This document shows, in pieces, positions 56,083 to 63,747 of a stretch of DNA of 64,000 nucleotides (position 1 is its first letter; the number at the start of each line of letters is the position of its first letter). Location of the stretch: the IMG/VR virus record IMGVR_UViG_3300003310_000099, positions 106,295-170,294 of that record; one strand, written 5' to 3'. The DNA is from a virus. Lineage: Duplodnaviria; Heunggongvirae; Uroviricota; Caudoviricetes. The position numbers and the translations under genes are program-made. The notes beneath the pieces are model-generated. The model was given only the letters and a program-made list of their open reading frames with translations, was not told the origin of the DNA and searched no databases.

Positions 56083-56742
56083 ATGTGTCAGCATGTTGGT
56101 TTAATCGAAGACGTTGTGAATGATTTCGTCAATAACGGGCAGATGTTCACGGCGCATAATGTTACGGCAGAAGTTCGTAGACGCACCAAGGATCGGGTTG
56201 CGCATGATGATGTGAAGCGGGATGTTCACCGCATGTTCAATGACGGTCAGATGTTTAGCTACAATCGTAGTTTGGCATCTTTGCCAAATGTAAATCCGCA
56301 ACCGTGGGTGTATCATCCATTGACTGCTGATGTTTCTACTTATGACGGCAAGCCAAGCGTTGCTGCTACTGTGGCAACACCTGTATTTACAATGCCTACT
56401 CCAGTGGCAACACCTTCCAATTCGATGGATTCAACTCATAAGTTGGACACGACGGACAGGCTCTGTGTTCCAGCCAAGTTGGTGCGACAGGCTGGTTTCG
56501 CTGCGGGTCACATTGTTAATGTGCTTGCAATGCTCAATGACAAGGTGCTTGTGTTGACAAGTGCGGGAAATGCTGCTAAAATTGCAGCCTCGAATGCTGT
56601 TGACCATATTACAAATTACGTTGTTGACAGCTACGATAATATCCGTATTACTCGCGGAGCAATCCAAAAGGGGCATCTCAGTGGCACAGAATTTGAAATC
56701 GAAGGGGATAGTGAAAAAATCACAGTCCGCGAATCCAGCTAA
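56083..56742 (+). CDS. Hypothetical protein, possible C-terminal AbrB/SpoVT-like domain
   Basis: LD..DRLCVPAKLVRQAGF..G; second half VD.YDNIRI...AI..G.L.G..FEI. Confidence 0.55.
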   Translation: MCQHVGLIEDVVNDFVNNGQMFTAHNVTAEVRRRTKDRVAHDDVKRDVHRMFNDGQMFSYNRSLASLPNVNPQPWVYHPLTADVSTYDGKPSVAATVATPVFTMPTPVATPSNSMDSTHKLDTTDRLCVPAKLVRQAGFAAGHIVNVLAMLNDKVLVLTSAGNAAKIAASNAVDHITNYVVDSYDNIRITRGAIQKGHLSGTEFEIEGDSEKITVRESS

Positions 56743-56749
56743 TTTGATA

Positions 56750-57259
56750 ATGCGTGGCAAATACGATCAGGCGATTGTTTTACTTCGTGAAGAGTTAAAA
56801 CAATCGCCTGATTCTCATTGGGCGTGGTTTGAACTATCCTCCGCATACTATGAGAAAAAGCAATATAAGAAGGCTGTGAAATATGCTGAAAAGGCATTAG
56901 AGATAATGCCAGATTGTCCACTAGCACTATGGCATTGTGCAGGAGCATTATCCCATACTGCCAGCATTTTGGGGATGGATGAGAATTTTCAAAAGTCCTA
57001 CGACATTTACAAGCGATTAATCAAAAAAGGCGTTGCTGGCCTTGACCGCATGGATTGCTGTAACGAAGGGCATGATTACAACGTCGGGTTTATTAACGAT
57101 TGTCGCTTGTGCATAGGAATGTGTGCTTACGGTATGAATAAGTATAAAGAAGCCAAACGTTGGACCAAGCTTTTTATCAAGAAACATGACAAGAACTCCA
57201 TATACACGAAGAGTTTTGGAGAAAGAGTATTGAAGAGTATAGAGAAATATGAACACTGA
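56750..57259 (+). CDS. Tetratricopeptide-repeat protein
   Basis: YDQAI.LL...L...P...WAW..L...YY...Y.KA..Y..KAL...P. Confidence 0.7.
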   Translation: MRGKYDQAIVLLREELKQSPDSHWAWFELSSAYYEKKQYKKAVKYAEKALEIMPDCPLALWHCAGALSHTASILGMDENFQKSYDIYKRLIKKGVAGLDRMDCCNEGHDYNVGFINDCRLCIGMCAYGMNKYKEAKRWTKLFIKKHDKNSIYTKSFGERVLKSIEKYEH

Positions 57260-57275
57260 GTCGTGTATATAATAC

Positions 57276-57776
57276 ATGAGTTTCAAAGTATGGTTTGAAT
57301 CCAGTATAAATGACCTGTATGACAGTGCTGTAGAAGCGTATCCAAGAACCCAATTTAGACAGCATTCTGTTGATCCTATTAAAATAGTGGATTTATCTAT
57401 TGTGCCATTCAAAGGCATGAAAACCATATTCTTCAAAGGTTTAGCACAGAATGAAAAAACCGAATATAGCACGATAATGGTATTCAAAGAAGTCGATTAC
57501 TCAAAAGGCATCAAGTTAGTGGCGAATGATGGTGAGATTTACGAGTTAAAACCACTATCAGCTAGTAAAAATGATGTATTTTTAAGGTGCGATTGTGCAG
57601 ATTTCAGGTGGCGTTTCAATTATTATAATTACCTAGACCATTCGCTTTATGGCAAGAAGAGAAAAAAGTACGAAGGCGGGTCTTATCCTGCGAATCCAAA
57701 AGAACTCCCAGGTATGTGCAAACACCTAATGTCTTTAGCGAAAGCTTTAAGAGATTCGGGCATTTTGAAAGACTAA
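57276..57776 (+). CDS. SWIM-like zinc-finger protein
   Basis: LRCDCADFRWR ... MCKHL; N-terminal MSFKVWFES. Confidence 0.6.
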   Translation: MSFKVWFESSINDLYDSAVEAYPRTQFRQHSVDPIKIVDLSIVPFKGMKTIFFKGLAQNEKTEYSTIMVFKEVDYSKGIKLVANDGEIYELKPLSASKNDVFLRCDCADFRWRFNYYNYLDHSLYGKKRKKYEGGSYPANPKELPGMCKHLMSLAKALRDSGILKD

Positions 57777-57778
57777 AA

Positions 57779-58759
57779 ATGAGAATTACCAGAGATAAGA
57801 TTCGCGGCATGTTCTTAGGGGTCGCCATTGGTGACGCCCTTGGAATGCCATTTGAAAGCAAAAAATACGAAGATATCAAAAATAGCAGAAGGCTTAAAGG
57901 CTATCGTAGCAGTCGCCGTGGCAAGAAAGGTACTTGGACTGATGATACACAATTGACACTAGCTACAGCACTTGCCATAATTGAATCTGGCAAGATTGAC
58001 ATGGATAATATAGCAAATTGGCATGTCAAGGCTTGGAAAGACACCACAATGGGCTGGGGTGGTACTACCAAGGACGCTGTAAAGAAAATCTCTGAAGGGG
58101 AACATTGGTCAAAGTCTGGCGAATTCATTGGTCAGGAAAATAGAGGTTTTGGCAATGGCGTGCCAATGAAGGTTGCTCCACTCGCAGCTTATTTCGTTTT
58201 GACTAACAATTTTGGCAACTATAAGCAAATTCTGTTTGATTTCACATCCATAACCCACCAGACTAGCATAGCTGTGAGTTCTTGTCATGCTCATGTTGCT
58301 GCTCTTATGTATTGTTTGAACAGTACAGTAGAGGACTTCCGTGTTAAGGCATTTTTGCGAGAGGTCACAGCAGCAAGCTGTATTGGTAGAGATTATTACA
58401 CAAAACCTGTTGACGATATCACGGAAAAGCTTGAATCATTGTTGAAAATTTACGATGTTCCAGATTTGCTATTTGATGATGAACATCTGGTAAAAGAGTT
58501 TGGTGGTGGCACTTGTTACGTCTATAATTCACTGCCTTTTTCCTATGCGTTCTTTCTGCGTGGGCCATTTAGCATAGACACTTTATATGATGTGGCTTAT
58601 GCTGGAGGGGATGCGGACACGAACGCCTCTTTCGTTGCGAGTATGCTCGGCGCAATTTGTGGGACCACGATTTTCCCAAAATTGCTTATTGAGGGTGTAC
58701 AGGACAAATTGCAAATAATCAAAATTGCGGATTTGTTCTACGAGAAGTTCTATGCTTAA
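57779..58759 (+). CDS. ADP-ribosylglycohydrolase (ARH/DraG family)
   Basis: G.AIGDALG, WTDDTQLT, GNG..M, TH, GGDADT; start at 57779. Confidence 0.92.
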   Translation: MRITRDKIRGMFLGVAIGDALGMPFESKKYEDIKNSRRLKGYRSSRRGKKGTWTDDTQLTLATALAIIESGKIDMDNIANWHVKAWKDTTMGWGGTTKDAVKKISEGEHWSKSGEFIGQENRGFGNGVPMKVAPLAAYFVLTNNFGNYKQILFDFTSITHQTSIAVSSCHAHVAALMYCLNSTVEDFRVKAFLREVTAASCIGRDYYTKPVDDITEKLESLLKIYDVPDLLFDDEHLVKEFGGGTCYVYNSLPFSYAFFLRGPFSIDTLYDVAYAGGDADTNASFVASMLGAICGTTIFPKLLIEGVQDKLQIIKIADLFYEKFYA

Positions 58760-58762
58760 CAC

Positions 58763-58790
58763 TTTACAAGTTGAGAATTTGTGGTAAAAT
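58763..58790 (+). promoter_or_regulatory. Putative promoter (16-bp spacer class)
   Basis: TTTACA-agttgagaatttgtgg-TAAAAT. Confidence 0.65.
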
Positions 58791-58826
58791 GTATGAGGGG
58801 AATTTTTGTGTTCTCAGGAGAACGAA

Positions 58827-59276
58827 ATGGACACCACCCTGCCGTTCCGTAAGAACTATGACATTGTAATCACCAATCATTTGAGAGAGCGTTTTGTTGA
58901 GAGGTTTTCCAAGGAGAGCGAGCAATTTGTCCATCTGTATCGTTGCCGCCAAGAAAATTGCGATACCTGCAAGGATTTAACTTACAGGCTGCATAGTTTA
59001 GTCAATAGTAATAAACGGATGTGGGATCGGATCATCTGTGCTAAGATGCACGATGCCAAGGACGTAAAGATTTTCCAAAACGATTTCCAGTTCATGGAAA
59101 CCATGTACAGGAAGTATGGATATGACCGCTACAGCTTTTTGGTTGAAGGCGACATACTCTTTGTGGTAAATGGCATGAATGTAGGACTGACTTGTTTTAG
59201 TGCGAAGAATCCATTGAACGGTTCAATGGTGATTGCAAATTATCTCAAGCGTCCGAAGTATCGAAAGGGTGTATAA
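58827..59276 (+). CDS. Hypothetical protein
   Basis: Start after AGGAG; T.H..ERF.ER and C..C..C motifs. Confidence 0.65.
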   Translation: MDTTLPFRKNYDIVITNHLRERFVERFSKESEQFVHLYRCRQENCDTCKDLTYRLHSLVNSNKRMWDRIICAKMHDAKDVKIFQNDFQFMETMYRKYGYDRYSFLVEGDILFVVNGMNVGLTCFSAKNPLNGSMVIANYLKRPKYRKGV

Positions 59277-59533
59277 TGAATATCTTCATGCCTGTTGAGT
59301 CAAACGAAGAAGTGCTGGATGGTATTTTTGATTTTGGTGGCCGCATGGTCTATTCAAGCATCATTTATGCCATTCAGGGTATGGAAAATAAAGACGGTTA
59401 CATCATGGAAGGCCAGCTTTTGGATGAGGAAGAGATTAGAGAATGCATTTGCCAGTCGTTGATTGGCAACCGTTTCTCTAAATTCAAAGTTAAATGGATA
59501 GCTTCTTATAGTAAGAAGATGTTAGCAGCATGA
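59276..59533 (+). CDS. Hypothetical protein
   Basis: 85 aa, TAATG overlap. Confidence 0.6.
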   Translation: MNIFMPVESNEEVLDGIFDFGGRMVYSSIIYAIQGMENKDGYIMEGQLLDEEEIRECICQSLIGNRFSKFKVKWIASYSKKMLAA

Positions 59534-59823
59534 ACAAGCATTTTGCAGATAAACTGTTGGCGGGGGAGACAGTTGAATGCCGTCCGCGTGGCAATTCAAT
59601 GAAGCCCAAGATTGAATCTGGACAACTGATAACAATATCGCCAGATATATCTGACTTGCATAAGGGCGATGTAGTTTTTTGTAAGGTCAGAGGCAAATAC
59701 TTTGTGCATTTGCTCTCTGCAATACAGGGCGAGCGTTATCAAATAAGCAATAACCACAATCATGTGAATGGTTGGGTTGGTAAAAATGGCATCTTTGGCA
59801 AAGTGATAAAGGTAGAAGATTAA
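59530..59823 (+). CDS. Peptidase S24/S26-like beta-barrel protein
   Basis: RGNSMKP.I.SG, GDVVF.KV.G...VH. Confidence 0.65.
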   Translation: MNKHFADKLLAGETVECRPRGNSMKPKIESGQLITISPDISDLHKGDVVFCKVRGKYFVHLLSAIQGERYQISNNHNHVNGWVGKNGIFGKVIKVED

Positions 59824-59835
59824 CACGGAGGGGTT

Positions 59836-60075
59836 ATGTCAAAGGATTATGAAAAAGTAGATGCCTGTAAAGACGTACACGATTACATTGACTTGCTTGG
59901 GCAGCATCCTAAGTTTGTAATCTTTACAAAAGCAAATCGTTTGCAGGTAATTCACGAACCTACCAAGGAACAAATTAGGAAGCGTGGTAAAGCAAGGTGG
60001 AAGATAGCCCTTGTTACCAACAATCTTCATGAAGCTGACAAAGGTTTGATGGAAGCGTTTGGGAAACTGCCATGA
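59836..60075 (+). CDS. Hypothetical protein
   Basis: 79 aa, SD GGAGG. Confidence 0.6.
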   Translation: MSKDYEKVDACKDVHDYIDLLGQHPKFVIFTKANRLQVIHEPTKEQIRKRGKARWKIALVTNNLHEADKGLMEAFGKLP

Positions 60076-60260
60076 AAGAGAAAATTAGTCTGCCTTATGT
60101 TCCTTCCTGGTGTTATATGCCACCTGACGAGCATTTATGTGCTGGTGGTTGTTGGGGTATTCTTTATGGTGAAGTGGCCCAAAAAGGCAAGGAATACTGT
60201 AAAACCTGTGAATATAATGAAGACAACCTGAAAAAAGATGTGCCCTGTGGTGTAAGGTAG
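60072..60260 (+). CDS. Small Cys-rich hypothetical protein; 3' end overlaps the tRNA-like RNA
   Basis: LCAGGCWG, YCKTCEY. Confidence 0.55.
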   Translation: MKEKISLPYVPSWCYMPPDEHLCAGGCWGILYGEVAQKGKEYCKTCEYNEDNLKKDVPCGVR

Positions 60261-60421
60261 CACGCTTTGGTTGTGAAGGACAGGTTCGATTCCTGTATTG
60301 GTCTAAGCCCAGCTTAGGGTGCTAACCTACTATCTGGGTTTTAGGTTAAACTCCTAAATGTATAGTGTAAGGGTTGCACGTCTCAACCAAGGAAGTTAGG
60401 GTTCGAGTCCTTTCGGGGCAA
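60241..60421 (+). ncRNA. tRNA-like RNA with two D/T elbows joined by a shared anticodon-position helix (no anticodon loop)
   Basis: Acceptor TGCCCTG(60241-47)/CGGGGCA(60414-20); D-arm 1 GTGT/GCAC; 12-bp helix CTTTGGTTGTGA(60265-76)/TCTCAACCAAGG(60381-92) with one U-U; inner T-arm ACAGG-TTCGATT-CCTGT; inner D-arm GTGT-AAGGGTT-GCAC; outer T-arm TAGGG-TTCGAGT-CCTTT. Confidence 0.65.
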
Positions 60422-60425
60422 TGTT

Positions 60426-60782
60426 ATGAAACTTTTGATGGAAGTGGTCTGTTTTTTTAATCGTTTGTTAGGACACGAAGGCAAGACCGTGCTTGGCGGT
60501 ATTGTCCTAGATTCTGTAAAAGTAGGTGATGAAGTAGAGATAGTGACACCAACTCAACGCTGTAAGACAAAGATTCTAGGAATCAAGCATTTTGCTGAAG
60601 ATTTAACAGAGGCGGAAGCAGGCAAGAACGTCGGCCTTTGGTTTGAAGGAATTAACGACTTAGATTTCAGAAAAAAACATCCGCCAAACCCTTACGATCC
60701 AAATACTCAATTAATGGAGTTTTTGGAGTTTGGTAGTAAAGACAACAATGCGGATGAAGTAAGGATTTATAGGAATGAATGA
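60426..60782 (+). CDS. Stand-alone EF-Tu domain II-like protein
   Basis: G.V..VKVGDEVEIV...KTKILGI.HF...L.EA.AG.NVGL...GI; no GTPase domain. Confidence 0.65.
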   Translation: MKLLMEVVCFFNRLLGHEGKTVLGGIVLDSVKVGDEVEIVTPTQRCKTKILGIKHFAEDLTEAEAGKNVGLWFEGINDLDFRKKHPPNPYDPNTQLMEFLEFGSKDNNADEVRIYRNE

Positions 60783-60996
60783 GACTTTGAAAGAAGCTTT
60801 GATGTGGTTGGGAGTTTGGGTATTAGTTTTTGATTTATTTATTGTACTCCCGTTATTCTTTTATCTGAGAAGAATGTCTAGGAAGAAGTTCATATACATA
60901 GCGTATGTTTTGCATCATTGGTTGCAGAACTTTGACAAAGGTTATGGGCATCAAGAAGTAGAAAGGGACTTATTAAAGGTAAAAGATTATGTCTAA
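60775..60996 (+). CDS. Small membrane protein
   Basis: Hydrophobic N-terminal segment. Confidence 0.55.
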   Translation: MNETLKEALMWLGVWVLVFDLFIVLPLFFYLRRMSRKKFIYIAYVLHHWLQNFDKGYGHQEVERDLLKVKDYV

Positions 60997-61207
60997 GGAA
61001 GATGTTATTCAGGCAGAAGGTAAAGTATTAGAAGCCTTGGCCAATGCTCAATTCAAGGTTAGGTTGGATACAGGTTATGAGATTATTGCGCATATATCAG
61101 GCAAGATGCGCAAGAATTTCATCAAAGTGATTCCTGGCGATAGGGTCGAAGTGGAAATTTCCCCCTATGATTTGACTAAAGGTAGAATTAGTCGCAGAAC
61201 AAGATGA
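60989..61207 (+). CDS. infA: Translation initiation factor IF-1
   Basis: [56 protein letters not shown]. Confidence 0.95.
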   Translation: MSKEDVIQAEGKVLEALANAQFKVRLDTGYEIIAHISGKMRKNFIKVIPGDRVEVEISPYDLTKGRISRRTR

Positions 61208-61213
61208 TTGTAT

Positions 61214-61286
61214 GCTCTTGTAGCTCAATGGCAGAGCGACAGTCTCTAAAACTGATTGGTTGAGGGTTCGAGTCCCTCCAAGAGCG
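61214..61286 (+). tRNA. Amber suppressor tRNA, anticodon CTA (Trp-like body); CCA not encoded
   Basis: Acceptor GCTCTTG/CAAGAGC, G73; D-stem GCTC/GAGC; anticodon arm (A)CAGT-CTCTAAA-ACTG(A), CTA at 61246-61248; T-arm GAGGG-TTCGAGT-CCCTC. Confidence 0.85.
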
Positions 61287-61289
61287 TTT

Positions 61290-62201
61290 ATGAATATTCC
61301 TAATTGTTTTGAAGACTCCACCAACATTCTATTTGCTGGAGTTGGCGGTGGTTTTGATATATTTGGTGCAATACCTATAGCCGTGACTTTAAGAGAAAAT
61401 CCAAAATACAACTTCGTTTTTTCGAATTATAACGGCAATGCAACGAAGTTCACTTGCACGGAATCCATATACCCAGAATCCAAATTAATCGAAGTCATTG
61501 ATAATCAATTTGCTCCTGGGGAGCCACGAATACCTATATATTCACTGCCCAAAGTGGGTGTTAAAGCATACGAAAAAATGTATGCAGAAATAATCAAGAA
61601 TCATAATATAGACACCATTGTAGCGATTGACGGTGGTGTTGACAGTCTAATGCGTGGTGATGAAGATGGTGCTGGCACCATTTTAGAGGATTTCGTCAAT
61701 CTCATTGCACTGGACCAAATGAAGCTTAAAAGCATTTTAGTGTGTTCAGGCTTCGGGACAGAAATGGAAGAAGAGATTTGCCATCATCATGTATTAGAAA
61801 ACATAGCACAGCTTATAAGTCAGAACGCATTCCTTGGCAGTTGTTCTTTAGTGAAAGATTCTGAGGCATATAAGTATTATAAGCATATTTGTGAATTGGT
61901 GTGGATACATGGTAGAAAAAGCCACATTCACAGCAAAGTGCTTAGTGCATCAATGGGCTTGTTTGGTGACAAAAATTATTACAGTGGCGTTGAAGCCAAT
62001 GTAATGGGCAGTCAAGGCAACAAAAACTATTTGTCACCATTGATGAGCATTTATTGGTTTTTCAATTTGGCTGGAGTTATGAAGAATAATCTGTTATACT
62101 CCAGACTGTTGAATACTAATACGAAAACTGATGCTTTGATGATGTTTCGTCAGTCGATTGATGAAATTGTCCGAAGGCCAAGAAAAGGCATACCATACTG
62201 A
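61290..62201 (+). CDS. DUF1152-like protein
   Basis: AGVGGGFDIF...P, DGGVDSLMRGDE...GT..ED, GFG.E; start moved out of the tRNA to 61290. Confidence 0.7.
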   Translation: MNIPNCFEDSTNILFAGVGGGFDIFGAIPIAVTLRENPKYNFVFSNYNGNATKFTCTESIYPESKLIEVIDNQFAPGEPRIPIYSLPKVGVKAYEKMYAEIIKNHNIDTIVAIDGGVDSLMRGDEDGAGTILEDFVNLIALDQMKLKSILVCSGFGTEMEEEICHHHVLENIAQLISQNAFLGSCSLVKDSEAYKYYKHICELVWIHGRKSHIHSKVLSASMGLFGDKNYYSGVEANVMGSQGNKNYLSPLMSIYWFFNLAGVMKNNLLYSRLLNTNTKTDALMMFRQSIDEIVRRPRKGIPY

Positions 62202-62293
62202 TGAAAGCAGCTATACTAATACTGTACATAATTGGCAGTGTCTGCTTTTTATTAGGCAGTATATTATCTCTCATATTACATTATAAAGAATAG
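62201..62293 (+). CDS. Small membrane peptide (30 aa, below the track cutoff)
   Basis: TGATG overlap with the upstream gene; hydrophobic; ends TAG. Confidence 0.4.
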   Translation: MKAAILILYIIGSVCFLLGSILSLILHYKE

Positions 62294-62296
62294 ACT

Positions 62297-62443
62297 ATGT
62301 TCAACCCGACCCCAGAACTTAAAAAAGGTTTTCATTTATCACTTGTATTGGCGTTCTGTCTTTTATATGCTTTGTTTTATCCTATGCACGCAATTCTTAC
62401 TTTTTTAATGGTACTTTGCGTGATGATTATTTTGAGGAAGTGA
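62297..62443 (+). CDS. Small membrane protein (48 aa, below the track cutoff)
   Basis: Two hydrophobic segments; fills the gap. Confidence 0.45.
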   Translation: MFNPTPELKKGFHLSLVLAFCLLYALFYPMHAILTFLMVLCVMIILRK

Positions 62444-62453
62444 TAAATAGTGC

Positions 62454-62942
62454 ATGTCAAAATTAACTGAATTTTATTTGGAAGAAGGAACAGACTGCGA
62501 AGGAAGAACACTGTCTGAAATCTGGCAGCACCGAGACGATTGGTTTGAAAGTTGTCACGATTACATCCAGTGGGTGTTCCCTTTGGCAGAGTTAAGTAAT
62601 TTCAATGAGAATGCACCTATTCTCACAGCAGAAGACATTGCTGAGTTTAACAATAACCCGAAGTTAGCAGATAACTTACTAACTTCTTTTTTCAGATTTT
62701 TGAAATTCCTTGGGTTGGAGTATAAGGACGACAAGGTTGTTAAAGCAGAGAACTATGACGACAGGATGTTCATATATCCAAATCATAACTGGTTCAGGAT
62801 TTCGAGGGTCTTGAAGTGCATGAAAATCTTGGGGCACAAGAAATACGCCTTGACATTCTTTGAATGTTTGGAGAAAATGCACATGATAGACCTAAATGTG
62901 ACAGAAAATACATTCTTGCACTGGAAAGAAGCTGTTCGATGA
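62454..62942 (+). CDS. Opioid growth factor receptor (OGFr)-like domain protein
   Basis: HDYIQWVFP..E.S.FN..AP.LT..DI..F; NHN.FRISR.L. Confidence 0.75.
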   Translation: MSKLTEFYLEEGTDCEGRTLSEIWQHRDDWFESCHDYIQWVFPLAELSNFNENAPILTAEDIAEFNNNPKLADNLLTSFFRFLKFLGLEYKDDKVVKAENYDDRMFIYPNHNWFRISRVLKCMKILGHKKYALTFFECLEKMHMIDLNVTENTFLHWKEAVR

Positions 62943-63046
62943 TGAAGCGGCTCATCAATGCTTTGGTAGCTTGGCTGCTCATATGCATGATGCTGTTGAC
63001 AGTGTACGGAGTATTTTTTGTTGTTGCTTACTTAACCAGAAGATGA
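62939..63046 (+). CDS. Small membrane peptide
   Basis: ATGA overlap; hydrophobic 35 aa (3' part of the 62864 track ORF). Confidence 0.45.
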   Translation: MMKRLINALVAWLLICMMLLTVYGVFFVVAYLTRR

Positions 63047-63050
63047 TATC

Positions 63051-63290
63051 ATGAATCTGCCAACTGTAAGTGAAGACTGCTGTTTCCCTATGGAAAGGGA
63101 AATCTTAGATGACGAATTTCTTGAAAGATATTCGGCTCATCTAAACAAAGTCAATCCTACAATAGCAGGTTTCGTAGAAGAATTTGCTAGTAGCTTACCT
63201 GAATGTTGTGCGAAGGCAGCATTACTAGCATCCTTCATTACTTATAGATTTCTTGAAAACCAAGCAGAAGCTGACGAAATGAAAGGGTGA
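63051..63290 (+). CDS. Hypothetical protein
   Basis: 79 aa. Confidence 0.6.
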   Translation: MNLPTVSEDCCFPMEREILDDEFLERYSAHLNKVNPTIAGFVEEFASSLPECCAKAALLASFITYRFLENQAEADEMKG

Positions 63291-63294
63291 AAAA

Positions 63295-63747
63295 ATGAGC
63301 GAAAGAACTGTTCACAAGGTTAATCCAGTCCAGATCAAGGGCGACGACCTGATGGCCTTTGTCACCTACGGCAAGGTTAAGGCTGTTGACGCCGATGGTC
63401 TAAGACTGATTGTTACTGATATTTACGGCAAGGAAATTAGCATTAAGGGCAAAGACCTTATTGAGAATTCTCTTTCTGCTGACCAGTATCAGGAAGAACA
63501 AAAGATCGGCAAGACCAAGGCCGAAGAAATCTTCACTACATCTGCAAACAAGCCATTGACCGTTGCTTTTGAGAAGGCTGATGGTTCCAAGCGTACTCTT
63601 CGTGGTCGCTATATCGGCCCTGGACCACTTGGCCGCAGTATGGTAGAAGATTTGGATATTGACGATCCAAAGGACCGTATGCGTCAAGTAGACAATAGAA
63701 CCATTGAGTGGTTCATTGTTGACGGAGTTAAGTATGTCGTCAAGTAA
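63295..63747 (+). CDS. Hypothetical protein, possible SH3/WYL-like beta-barrel
   Basis: LTVAF.KADG..RTLRG; highly expressed-type codon usage. Confidence 0.65.
   Translation: MSERTVHKVNPVQIKGDDLMAFVTYGKVKAVDADGLRLIVTDIYGKEISIKGKDLIENSLSADQYQEEQKIGKTKAEEIFTTSANKPLTVAFEKADGSKRTLRGRYIGPGPLGRSMVEDLDIDDPKDRMRQVDNRTIEWFIVDGVKYVVK

Noticed and set aside
60265-60392. YrlA-type Y RNA
   Set aside because: The inner topology is similar, but I see no Ro60-binding bulged helix and no Ro60 gene in the window. It is kept only as an analogy.
60241-60421. tmRNA or an intron-containing tRNA
   Set aside because: A full D-stem is present, there is no tag ORF or pseudoknots, the insert is too short for a group I intron, and removing it does not leave a canonical 7-nt anticodon loop.
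61214-61286. tRNA-Pyl
   Set aside because: It has a canonical D-loop GG, TTCGA T-loop, 5-bp anticodon stem and normal variable loop; no pyl genes are seen.
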